NCBI GenBank assembly: GCA_043228905.1
Contig: JBHGNT010000002.1
Coordinates: 5,146,001 to 5,210,000 of the forward strand
Direction: 5' to 3'
Length of the DNA: 64,000 nucleotides
DNA from: Azolla caroliniana
Taxonomy: Eukaryota > Plantae > Polypodiophyta
Shown here piece by piece: positions 25,597 to 36,713 of the stretch. Position numbers and translations under genes: made by a program. Numbering within the stretch: the stretch's first letter is position 1; every line of letters starts with the position of its first letter. The notes under the pieces are model-generated. The model did no database searches. It was given only the letters and a program-made list of their open reading frames with translations, and was not told where the DNA came from.

Positions 25597-26670
25597 ATGC
25601 TTGAACTACCATCATGTTTCGGCCCGAGGGGTGGCCTCGGCAATGGTGATGGAAATGGTAAGTGTGAAATTGTGAGACTTCTGACAATTCATAAGCCATC
25701 CTCATTCCCGTACTGTAGGACAAATGCCAACATTACAAGAACATTTGAGAGAACGGTGGCGTTTGAATATCATATCGAGATCGATGGTGTCTTGTACGTC
25801 ATCACTCTTGCATGGAGCAAGAGCTATGGAGGCATTGGTTTATCACTCCATGTCAAGGATTGCATATCATTGGATAAGGCTATTATAACAACCTTTAATT
25901 GTGGAGGTGCTCCAAGTACATCTGTAAGCACAAATATGAAACCATGGTCCCAAACTAGTAGGCACTCTAATGTTGTCACGAAATCATGGCTCTTTGGAAG
26001 AAAGAAAGGGAGCAAAACACTAACATTCGGGCCTTCTTGTGTCGTGGATGCATTTTGGGACCTCTCCAATGCTACTTACTTTGCATCGAGCCCGGAACCC
26101 TTAGGGTGCTTCTTCTTTGCACTCATTTATAATTCTGAACATGTTTTGTTGTTGCTTGGGGACATGCCATTGGATGCAACGTTTGAGAATATGCCATTCT
26201 CAATCCAAACTACGTTGATATCAAGAAGAGAACATATCTTCGGCCGAAGGTTGTATTCCACGAGTACTAGATTCAAAGAAAACGGTCATATTCACAACAT
26301 ACTCATTGAGTGCGATGCTAAAGCTCGGGATCCATTGTTGTCTATTTGGGTCGATAAACACCTTGTGGTCCATGTGAAGAGGCTTGTGTGGAAATTCCGT
26401 GGAAACCAAACAATTCTAGTGGATGGGCTCCCTATAGAACTGTTTTGGGATGTCCATAATTGGCTTTTTAGTCCCACTAGTGATGATTATGCTATCTTCA
26501 TGTTCCAAACAAGATCTATGTCTAGTTCTAAATCATGGTCGAGTTTGGCCACCAGTAGCTCATCTCTTTTCCAATGGCAACATACATCTAGTTCGTCTAC
26601 GAATACCATGGATATTAATGAAACGAATCCAGGTTTTTCCTTGTTGCTTTATGTATGGAAAGTGGATTAA
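25597..26670 (+). CDS. DUF868 family plant protein, intronless, 357 aa
   Basis: The start MLELPSCFG matches the family N-terminus (M...PSCFG). Also ITLAWSKS, KKGSK, FWDLSNA.Y..SPEP, SRREHIFG, HVKRLVWKFRGNQTILVDGLPIELFWDVHNWLF and the C-terminal GFSLLLYVWK. Confidence 0.92.
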   Translation: MLELPSCFGPRGGLGNGDGNGKCEIVRLLTIHKPSSFPYCRTNANITRTFERTVAFEYHIEIDGVLYVITLAWSKSYGGIGLSLHVKDCISLDKAIITTFNCGGAPSTSVSTNMKPWSQTSRHSNVVTKSWLFGRKKGSKTLTFGPSCVVDAFWDLSNATYFASSPEPLGCFFFALIYNSEHVLLLLGDMPLDATFENMPFSIQTTLISRREHIFGRRLYSTSTRFKENGHIHNILIECDAKARDPLLSIWVDKHLVVHVKRLVWKFRGNQTILVDGLPIELFWDVHNWLFSPTSDDYAIFMFQTRSMSSSKSWSSLATSSSSLFQWQHTSSSSTNTMDINETNPGFSLLLYVWKVD

Positions 26671-27936
26671 ACAACACAAATAATAACTTTAGTTTATTTA
26701 CTTGAACAAAACTATTTAATATGAGGTACAATGGTATGTGATGCCATATGTGCTCGTTACAAAAAAGATATTTAAAGCTTTAATGGTTGAGTGTTATAAA
26801 CATTTTAAACCAGAATTTCATAAGAGACAATGTTGTACAAAAGCAACACCCCAAATGTTCATGATTCCACTAGAATAATGAATCGTTGTTAAATAAAACA
26901 TGAGAACTTGGTTGGGCAAACACATGGTTTTCTAGCTTGTCTATGTCTATGCAAGTAAACCTAGTGTTAGACCATGTCGATTGTGGGGGTTTATTATGTA
27001 TTTGTGGCAAAGGTGACATTATAAATAGATGTAAGAAACAATAAATAGAATATAGATGGACGCCTTTATGCATATGACTTTAATGTACAAATTGTGACAT
27101 ACATTTGCCTTAAGATTTTAGGTAGAAAGTTATTGTGACATATATGATCAATCTTTTAAGAACTTTGAAGGCATATATTGATATGTTTTTCTCGTGAAAC
27201 TAAAGGAATCCTATCCAAGAAAAACTAGTCTACCATGTGGGAAGAGAGTAAATAAATTTAACATGTCAAAAGCTCAAATTTTAGTCGCCATATTAATGAC
27301 CTATTATTATCTGCGAAAAATACGACAACACATCATTGAATTAGATTATGTCGTCTTTATAATGTAGTTACTCAATCATAATGTTAAGTACTTTGATTAC
27401 ATTTATAATCACTATGTTGATTAAATTATTACTCTATATTTCGTTCAATTTTCTCACTTATGTTAACTTTGCAATATTGTAAATGGCACTAAAGTAAATC
27501 AATTAATGCGTAGTTGACCCACAAGGGAATAGGAGTATGTGAGTTCTTTCATCGCATCTCTTTGCAAAATGTATGTGGAAGAACATGGGATTGTATTCAC
27601 TTTTGGTGAGGGGCATGAGGCAATATGTTTGAACAATATTACCAATTGGATTAACATTACCCATGATACAAGGCATTAAATCAAAATTTGCCTTATATTT
27701 GGTCTATAGGTTATCCATGGATCAAATGATGATATAGACTCTCAATTTAGTGTATTACATAATGTCGTTTCTAGTAGCTTTCCGATGACTCCTAAAAATT
27801 GTTTGCATATTTCCGAGAGATCTCAAAGTTTCATAAACAATCTAATTCCATAAAGTATTTATTCATATGTAATTGTTCTGAAGCCTTATCATGGTTGGTG
27901 AAACTTTGTGGAAAAGGACAAAGTAATGTGTATCAT

Positions 27937-28299
27937 TGTATTTAGTGCTTGTTGTGTGTTCATTTAAGATTAATTTGTGCATTGTACAATGCATGTTGTT
28001 TTGTTGAGATATAACTTTGCATTACAAAAAATTTACACATAAGATGTGTGTGGATGTCCAGGCCCTATATTATGAAGATATGATACATCTTCTATCTACT
28101 TACACCGCATGTATTTAGTGCTTGTCGTGAGTTCATATAAGATTAATTTGTGCATTGTGCAATGCATGTTGTTTTATTGAGATACAAGTTTACAACATTG
28201 CATTACAAAAAATTCACACACCAAATGTGTGTGTATGTCTAGGCGGTATATTATGAAGATATGAAACATACATCTTCTATCTACTTATACACAACATGT
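27937..28299. repeat. Diverged tandem duplication, two ~175-190-bp units
   Basis: TGTATTTAGTGCTTGT...CATCTTCTATCTACTTA occurs at ~27937 and ~28110. Confidence 0.85.
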
Positions 28300-28617
28300 T
28301 AAACAAGACCATACACTTAGGGAAAAAAGAATAATGTTGCACATGAGTACAATGCATCCTTAAAAGAGAATCATAAAAATAATATTATAATTTTATCCAA
28401 ATGCCAATCTAGTGCAAAAGCCACCTTACCTTAAAAAGTCAATTCAACTTTCAACATGCAACTCAAAAGAGACGTTCGATTCTATTATACGTAGAAGCAC
28501 TCTCTAGCTTCCTCAACTCACGACATTCAAACCTACATGGTCTTCTTGTGCCACACCCTCATCAATGCTTCCTGAATATAGAATTTGCGGTTGATACCGC
28601 AATCGCAAGGGGACGTG

Positions 28618-31522
28618 CCCCCAAAAATTCCACTTGATTCTGGCCGAAACTACACTTTTCTAATTTTGCATAGAGACCATATTCTCAGAGTCAACATAGT
28701 ACCTGATGAACATGTTCATCATGCTTCTCTTGGGTCTTCGAGTAGATTAGAATATCATCCAGGTAAACTATAGTGAAGATATCGAGAAAATCTCAAAAAA
28801 TATCATTCGCCATATGTTGGAAAACTGCAAGTGCATTCGTGAGACTGAATGGCATCACAATATACTCAAAATGACCATAGCGAGTGTGAAAAGCTGTCTT
28901 CCATTCATCCCCCGGGCGAATCCAAAGTAGATTATATGCACCGCGAAGGTCTAACTTTGTGAAATATTTTGCTCCACTGAGACATTCCAAAAGATTTGGG
29001 ATTAACGGTAGAGCATATCTATTTCGGATAGTCACTTTGTTTAGCCCTCAATAATCCACGACCAACCGAAGAGTTCCATTCTTTTTCTTGACGAAGAAGA
29101 TAGGTGCGCCCGTAGGGGATCTAGAATGCCGAATGAATCCATTTGCTAGATTCTCATCAATATATTCCCACAAAGTCTCTAGCTCTACAAGGGAGAGATT
29201 ATAAATTAGGCCCCATGGAGGTTCTTTCCTTGGTTGTAAGTCAATAGGGCAGTCATATGGCCGATGCTCCGACAATGTATTAGCCTTCACCTTATCAAAG
29301 ACATTTGAGAACTCTTTATATTTCTCTGGTAGTTTAATGTTCGCTTCATGTAAAGTGGATGATGGAGTTGCTACTATTGCGAAGACGAACGTGGTCTCGT
29401 TCCCCCCTTCCTCACACAATTGCCATAGAGAGATGGTCGATAACTCTGGGGATCTAGTATCACATGTCGGAGAGAGGGATGCGGGGTTTGTGCTTTTTTC
29501 CCGGGTTTCCTCAATTGTTCTTTTCATCCAATCAATCTTCGGGTTATGGAGTTCAAACCAAGGGAGACCTAGCACTATTGGGTGTTCTGGACTGCAAATA
29601 ATGTTGAAAGAGATTATGCTTGCCAAATCGCCAAGAACTATCCGAATTGGCTCAAACTCCTCGACTATATCTCCTGATGCTATGGGACGGCCATCAATGA
29701 CTCCTACGACTACTGGGCTTGCGAGCTTATTCAAGATGATGTTTTGTGACAAGGCATATTCATGATCCATGAAACAAGAGTTGGCTCCAGAATCTAGGAG
29801 GGCAGAGGCTAGGACTCGATGACATGTAGATGTGGTAAGCTCGACTTGTGCAGAAAAAACTCGACTCACTTGATTTGATGAAAGGGAGTCACGACTAGGA
29901 ACTAACTCTACATAGTTAGGATGGTCCAACCAAATGGCTCCTATTTTGGCCGGACTTACTCGTTTAACACATCCTCTAATTGGCTCAAGACATCGAATCT
30001 ATTTTCATGGCATGGACTATGAGGCTTACTTATGTTATTAGAAGTAACAATGGAACTCGAAGTAGGGTTGTCATGGGCACTTACTTGGTATACTTGACAT
30101 CTAGGTTTATGTGGACAATTTACAGCTATATGTCTTGGACTGCCACAATATAGGCATAGGCAATGCGCTCGACGACATTGTTTCTCAACATCTGATAAAG
30201 GCCCATGACATTGTGTTGACTCTATTTCCATCGGAGTTGGGTCATCCCTTGTAAAGGTTCTAGAAACTTGTGGAGGCGTTGCGACTACGGAAGCGTAAGT
30301 CTGTTCTAGTTGGTGGCGTAACATTTGTTGGCGCTCAGAACGTCGCTCAAATAGGCGATTATCACATCGCACAGCTCGACTAATGGCCTTTGTAAGCGAC
30401 TTCAGATCTTCAAGGAAAGTAAGAAGAAGATCTTTGACATCATTTCGCAAACCTTCACAGAATTGATCCATTAAGGCCGTCTCATCCCAAGGATATCGCA
30501 TGCCAAGAGACGAAAATTAGCTGCGTAAGCCGACGCGGGACGATCTCCTTGTTGGAGCCTTCGAATCTTGTTTATCCTTGTCCTAGTCCTGTTGGTGTCT
30601 CCGAAACTAGCTTGAAGCTCCTTAACAAATGCCTCGAAATCCTCCATCAACAACAATTTCTTCTCGAGAAGTGGTGTGAACCATGCTAACGCCGTACCGC
30701 ATATGAAAGTTCCCACTAATCCCACACGAACATCATCAGTTGGATACCGATTGGGATGTAGCTGAATAACCAAACGAACTTGATTAAAAAAGCCTCGAAA
30801 TAAAGACCTTGTACCATCAAACTTGACGGGGAGGCTAATCTTTGGTTCTTTAGGGGAGTTTTGAGCCCTTGACGCTTGTTCTCGTAATGATAATATATTT
30901 GCCTCGAGTTGGTGAACCCGTTGTGATAATTCTTCATATTGTTGAGCTTTTTCGGCGCTCACATGTTGTAGGTCTCCAAGTAGCCTTTGATTTTCATGCT
31001 CTAATGCCACAAATTTATTCATGAGCATGTCGAGCTCAGAAAGAACACACATATACTCATGTTTGCTCACAACCTCCATAGCTTACGAGGGGAGAGGAGA
31101 AGGAAGAAGAGAACTTGTTAGGGTTTTGTGGAAGAGGAAGAAATGAAAAAAATTGGTTCAAACTGTCAAGAGAGAGAGAGAGAGAGAAAGGGAAATATTG
31201 TATTGCAGAGTAAAATGGATTACAAGCAGTAGGCAATAGAGTGCTACAAAATGGCATTGAACCCATTTAAGTTTGGGATGATTGATAGATCCCTATTTAT
31301 AAGTAATAGAGAACACTCTAGATTATTCTAGGTCATCCTAAAATGTAGAATAATCAAGAAGGTTTCTAGAGTATTCTAGAAGTTTCTAGTGTATAGAACG
31401 CTCTAGAAGATTCTAGGTTATTCTAGAATGTAGAGTAATATAGAATATTCCTATGATATTAGATTATATATTCTAAAAGCTATACAAATAAGAATATTAG
31501 TACAATGATTAAGTATTTGACA
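28618..31522 (-). mobile_element. Gypsy C: 3'-truncated Tcn1/Tf1-like (chromovirus-type) LTR retrotransposon; 5' LTR 31522-31164, gag, PR, partial RT
   Basis: LTR TGTCA...TGACA with a TATA box. Gag EPKISLPVKFDG...CLYCGSPRHIAVNC (31079-29956, frameshifted). Protease LLDSGANSCF; [34 protein letters not shown]. Similarity ends after VEFLG at ~28620. Confidence 0.9.
31164..31522 (-). repeat. 5' LTR of gypsy C
   Basis: TG..CA termini with TGTCA/TGACA inverted ends, TCTAGA-rich U3, TATA at 31301-31294, CT-rich U5. Confidence 0.8.
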
Positions 31523-33232
31523 TGTGTACAACAAGGTTGTGGGTTCAAATCTTTTTGAGGCATGGTGTGAGTGACATCATCACAATGATATGGCTTTATG
31601 AAAACAAAGGTTCACCCATATTTGTTAGCATTGCAAAATCAATAAATCTGCTAGGTAGTTTGGAGGCATAAATCTTCTCTATGATTGTTAAGCCTGAATA
31701 CCATCAATTTTTGCATGGGAAAAATCATTTTAAACATCATCATGTTGAACATTGTTGGGAATTTGGTCCATCCGGATGGGGTAGGACGAGCTGAAGCAAG
31801 GAGTCGGACCGGATGGACCCGGAAGGGGTTCAGCCAGATCCGAGGTGAACTATGAGAAGGGACATATTGGTAAATATGTTCCTATGTGCCTTTGGGGCCA
31901 TATTTGCAAATAGCTAGGGCAATACCGTTGAGATAGAGTTGTGATAATTCTAATTGTTGTATAGAGAGAGAGAGAGAGAGAAAGATATATTAACGTTTTC
32001 CAAGGCCAAAATTGGCCCATGAGACAAATGGTTTACAACAAAAAATGGGATATTTACCCATTCATCGAAAGTAAAAAATAAAAATAAAAATAAGATAAAA
32101 ATAGAGTTTTAAGGTAAAAAGTTCTAGTAAAATAACAAACATGTTCTATATAAAAAACATGTTCTACAATGAAAATGATGTTATACTAGGCTTAATTTCA
32201 TTTCCATCCTAGTCTCTCGAAGAGAAGCGGGAGGTCAAAGGGTTTCGATGTGGATGTGGCCCATGGTCCCAATGTAAAAGGTACCCCAACCATAGCTTCT
32301 AGTCGACGTAGCTCACGTTCCCTTATCTTCTTAATCTTTTCCACTCGATGTCGACTTGTTTTGAAGCCTAACATTTGAGAGCGTTTGGTTGCCCTTTGCA
32401 TTTTTGCTTCCTCAAGAGAGAGGCCGAGCGGCGTAAGTGTATCTACATTCATCGTCTCCCCTTGTTCCTGAAAAATTACACTAGTTGTACATGTTGATGA
32501 ATAGTAAAAGGGTTATGGTTAACACTTTGTAATTTATTCTCCCTATGTTGTTTTAGCTCTAAGATATACCTACCTAGTCTCTTTACATCCGGGGTATCTA
32601 ATAGTTTGGAGTGACAGGAATACACGCTCTCGATGAACAACGCTCGGCCACAACCGAGCCTAGGATCAAACACAGAAAACGGGTAATGAACACATGACAC
32701 AGTGAAGAGAAGAGTACACAGGATGTTAACGTGGGAAAACTCAAACTAGGGAAAACCACGGCAGCCCACAAACTGCAAACTATCACTATATCACAATGTA
32801 CAATAGTAAAGCATCGAGGCAACGACCTCGAGCTTGCTATCTTCGCCACAGGCGGCGGTTACAACAGAGGCAACAACCTCTTCCTCTCTCTCTCTCTCTC
32901 TGTACACAGTTACGCACTCAAATCTTGCACCAACAAGAATAACAACTACAACATCACTAAGTTTGCCCTAAGTCATATTTATACTAATATGACTTTTCGG
33001 CTATTTACAAATATAGCCCCGACGAACTCTCAGAAAACATATTTACGAATATGTCCCTTCATCCGGTGAGCACTTCTCGCCGGGCCTTCACCATCTGGCT
33101 CTTGCCGGGTACTCGTCATCCGGTTCTCACCGGGTCTTCCGTTGCCGGGTACTCCACATCTGGTTTGCTCATCAACAGTATTCTTCTCACTTCCCATCCG
33201 GAGGGACCTGTTTCCTAACAAAAACTCCCCCT

Positions 33233-35966
33233 TCACTCCGGCATGGTATGTCTTACTAGTCCGATCCGCTTCTGACATGCATCCAGCTTGTCGGGTATCA
33301 GTACTTTGGTCAGCATATCTGACCCGTTCTCGGCCGTGTGCGCGAACTCTCGATCTTCTACTCGCTCTCGGATCCAATGATACCTACGCTGGATGTGCTT
33401 CGTCTTGGAATGGTACGCTGCGTTCTTAGCAAGGTGGATGGCACTTTGACTATCACAATAGAGCCGGTATTCATCTTGCCAGATATCGAGCTCTCCGATG
33501 AAGTCCTTCATCCATAATATTTCCTTGCCGGCTTCCACAACCGCCATGTACTTCGCCTTTGTGGTTGACAACGCAACCGTCTTCTGCAGCCTTGACTGCC
33601 ACGAAACAGCTCCCCCTGCATATGTCATTACATACCCGGATGTAGACCGGCTGGTATCCACATCAGCCGACATGTCCGAATCGGTAAAACCGTCAAGTTG
33701 AGGTTTACCGGAGCCGAATCAGAGACACATGTTCGAAGTGCTCTTCAAGTACCGGAGTATCCATTTGACCGCGTTCCAATGCTCCTTGCCGGGATTGCTC
33801 ATAAACCGGCTCACCACTCCGACTGCGTATCCTATATCCGGTCGGGTACACACCATTGCGTACATTAAGCTCCCGACGGCAGAGGCATATAGAACCTTCA
33901 TCATATCAACCTTCTCTGCTTTCATCTTCGGGCTTTGCTTATCGGATAATCTGCAGTTTGCCGGGAGTGTCAATCCGACCGGTTTCGCTTCTAACATGTT
34001 GAACCGCTGAAGCACCTTTGTCATGTATTTCTCCTGTGACAACGGAAATTGCTTCGTTGGCCGGTTCCGGATGATATGCATCCCCAGGATCTGTCTTGCC
34101 GGACCCAAGTCTTTCATTGCGAAAGTTCGGTTGAGAGCCTTCTTTAGCATCCGTATTTTGGCTTGGTCCCGTCCGACGATCAACATGTCGTCCACGTACA
34201 GAAGGAGTATCAGGAAGTCGCCTCATTCGAACTTCTTCACAAACACGCAGTGATCAGCCTGTGTCTTGTGGTACCCTTGATCTGTCATGAAGGAGTCGAA
34301 CTTCCGGTACCATTGTCGGGGAGCCTGCTTCAGTTCGTACAGGCTCTTCTTCAACCGACAAACCAGGCGCTCCTTCCCTTTCTCCACGAATCCTTCCGGT
34401 TGCTGCATGTAGATCTCCTCTTCGAGGTCATCGTGAAGGAATGCCGTCTTCACGTCCAGTTGCTCTACCTCGAGGTCCATGCTTGCCGCTATACTCAGCA
34501 CCGTCCGGATGGAGGTCATCTTTACTACTGGGGCAAATATCTCTTCGAAGTCTACGCCCTTCTTCTGCTGGAACCCCTTCACCATGATCCTGGCTTTGTA
34601 TCTCGGGGGGTTGCCGACATCTCCCGGTTTCAACTTGTACACCCACTTGTTTCGGAGTGCCCGCTTTCCTTTCGGCAACTCCACCAATTCGTACGTATGG
34701 TTCTCATGCAGGGAATCCATCTCATGTTGCATGGCACTTAACCATTTGCAGTTGTGGGTGTCATCCTTCGCTTCTTCGAAGCTTTCCGGCTCTCCCTCAT
34801 CTGTCAGCAGCACATGCTCTGCATCCGGAAATCTCCGGGGGGCCCTTCTCTCTCTGAGCGGATATCTCCGTCTTTGGCCTTCGGCAACCGGCTCCACTAT
34901 TTGTTCTTCATCCGAATACGATTCGGGGTCTTGGCCGGTTCCGATTTGAGCTTCCTCTACTTCTTCTTTTGCCGGTTCGGTATCCTCACCGTAACCGGCT
35001 GGTTCCTCGAGTGTCAACCGGCTCTTAGCCGGGTGTGTCCGAATCTCATCGGAGTTCATTATCTTCTTCTCCAACTCCTAGTCGGCAAGAGTCTTGTCCT
35101 CCATGAAGATAATATCTCGACTCCGGAAAGCCTTCTTGTCAACCAGATCCCACACTCGGTAGCCGAACTCATCATCGCCGTATCCGAGGAATATGCATGG
35201 CCGGGTCTTTGGATCCAACTTTCCTCTCTAGTCCTTAGCAATATGCACATACACGAGATACCCGAACACCTTCAGATGCCGGTAGGACACTTCCTTCCCG
35301 GTCCACACCTTCTGCGGTGTGTCTCCATCCAAGGGCACTGAGGGTGATCTGTTTATCACATACGTCGCTGTCGACAACGCCTCAGCCCAAAACGTCTTGG
35401 GTAATTTTGCATGCACCAACATACTCCAACCCTCTCCATTATGGTCCGGTTCATCCTCTCGGCCAGCCCGTTTAGTTCCGGCGTCTTCGACATGGTAAAT
35501 TAGAGCCGGATTCCCTTCGAGCGACAGTACTCCTCGAACTGCCCCCGGTATTCACCTCCGTTATCTGCTCGAACCGCCTTCAGCTTCCGGTTGGTTTCTC
35601 TTTCAACTCTCGCGTGGAGCTCTTTGAAGACGGATAACACCTTACCCTTTGTCTTCAACGGTGTGGCCCACAACTTCCGGCTGTGGTCATCTATGAACAT
35701 CACGAAGTACTGCGATCCGGCATGTGACTTCGTGTCCACTTGACATACATTAGTATGCACTAACTCCAGTAGTGCATTACGTCTCATCGGTGGCCTCGAT
35801 CGAAAGGAGGTCGGGTTTTGTTTACCGGCCAGACAATCAGTGCACTTCTCCAAGCGCATGTTCTTCACTGGAATGAGGTTGTCGTCTGCAAGCCTCTTCA
35901 TCCCCTTCTCGCTCATGTGACACAGCCTCTTGTGCCACAACTCACCGGCAGTGTCGGTTGCCATGT
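33233..35966 (-). pseudogene. Copia X pol: integrase, RT, RNase H (frameshifted/stopped)
   Basis: LWHKRLCHMSEKG..C..C, RADNGGEY, FWAEA, QLDVKTAFLH, LYVDDML, RSTSGY, KTKHI in fragmented ORFs. Confidence 0.9.
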
Positions 35967-36673
35967 TGTCATGAAGAAAACCGTCCCTTGGCGGAAACCG
36001 AGTTTAGCGTGTGTAAACCAGCCCTTACACGCGAGCACACTTTTCGTTGTACAGTAAGTAGGTAGGTACAAGTCGGCTGAGGTGAAATCCTAGGTAGCAC
36101 ACATGCAATAGGGAGAGAATCGAGGGTGGTATCTCTGTCCGAAAGGACAGAGAATTAATATGATGTAACGGATGATAACGGCCTCCCTCCTTGGGCTATA
36201 AAAGAGAGGGAGAGGAATGGAAAAGGGAGCGCGCGTGAGAGAGAGGACGAAGTGCTGCCGGATTGGGACCGAGCCCTTCTCCTCTGCCCACTCTCCATAG
36301 CCATTTTTGCACAGGTTTTCGGGAGGTTGACTCTGCTCCGTGGAACGCCCGTGTGCTTCTGGCAGAGCCTCCATCTCGCTCTTTTGTGTGTGAGTGAACA
36401 AGCGTCGGTGTTCGCCTTGCTGGCCTGCTAGTTGTAACCGTCTCGATATATATATATATATATATTTATATACATACGTGTTCATATACTCGGACTTCTA
36501 GTCGTCTCATTTTGCTGTGTTGTTGGACTGTGATTCCTGTGTGCTCCCGTGTCTGTGCGTGTGCAAGTGCGTTTGTTGCCTTTTCGCTCTCCTCCTTCTC
36601 AACTATTTCTCGGACCAAGACCCCGGTGGTCCCGCCACGTTCCCCACGCACGCGTGTAACAACGCGACATATT

Positions 36674-36690
36674 TGGTGAACCCGACGTGA
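36674..36690 (+). promoter_or_regulatory. Primer binding site complementary to the tRNA-Trp 3' end (gypsy A)
   Basis: TGGTGAACCCGACGTGA, 4 nt after the LTR; reverse complement of ...TCACGTCGGGTTCACCA, the plant cytosolic tRNA-Trp 3' end as recalled. Confidence 0.85.
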
Positions 36691-36713
36691 TTAGGCGGCA
36701 GAGGAATAGAGAC

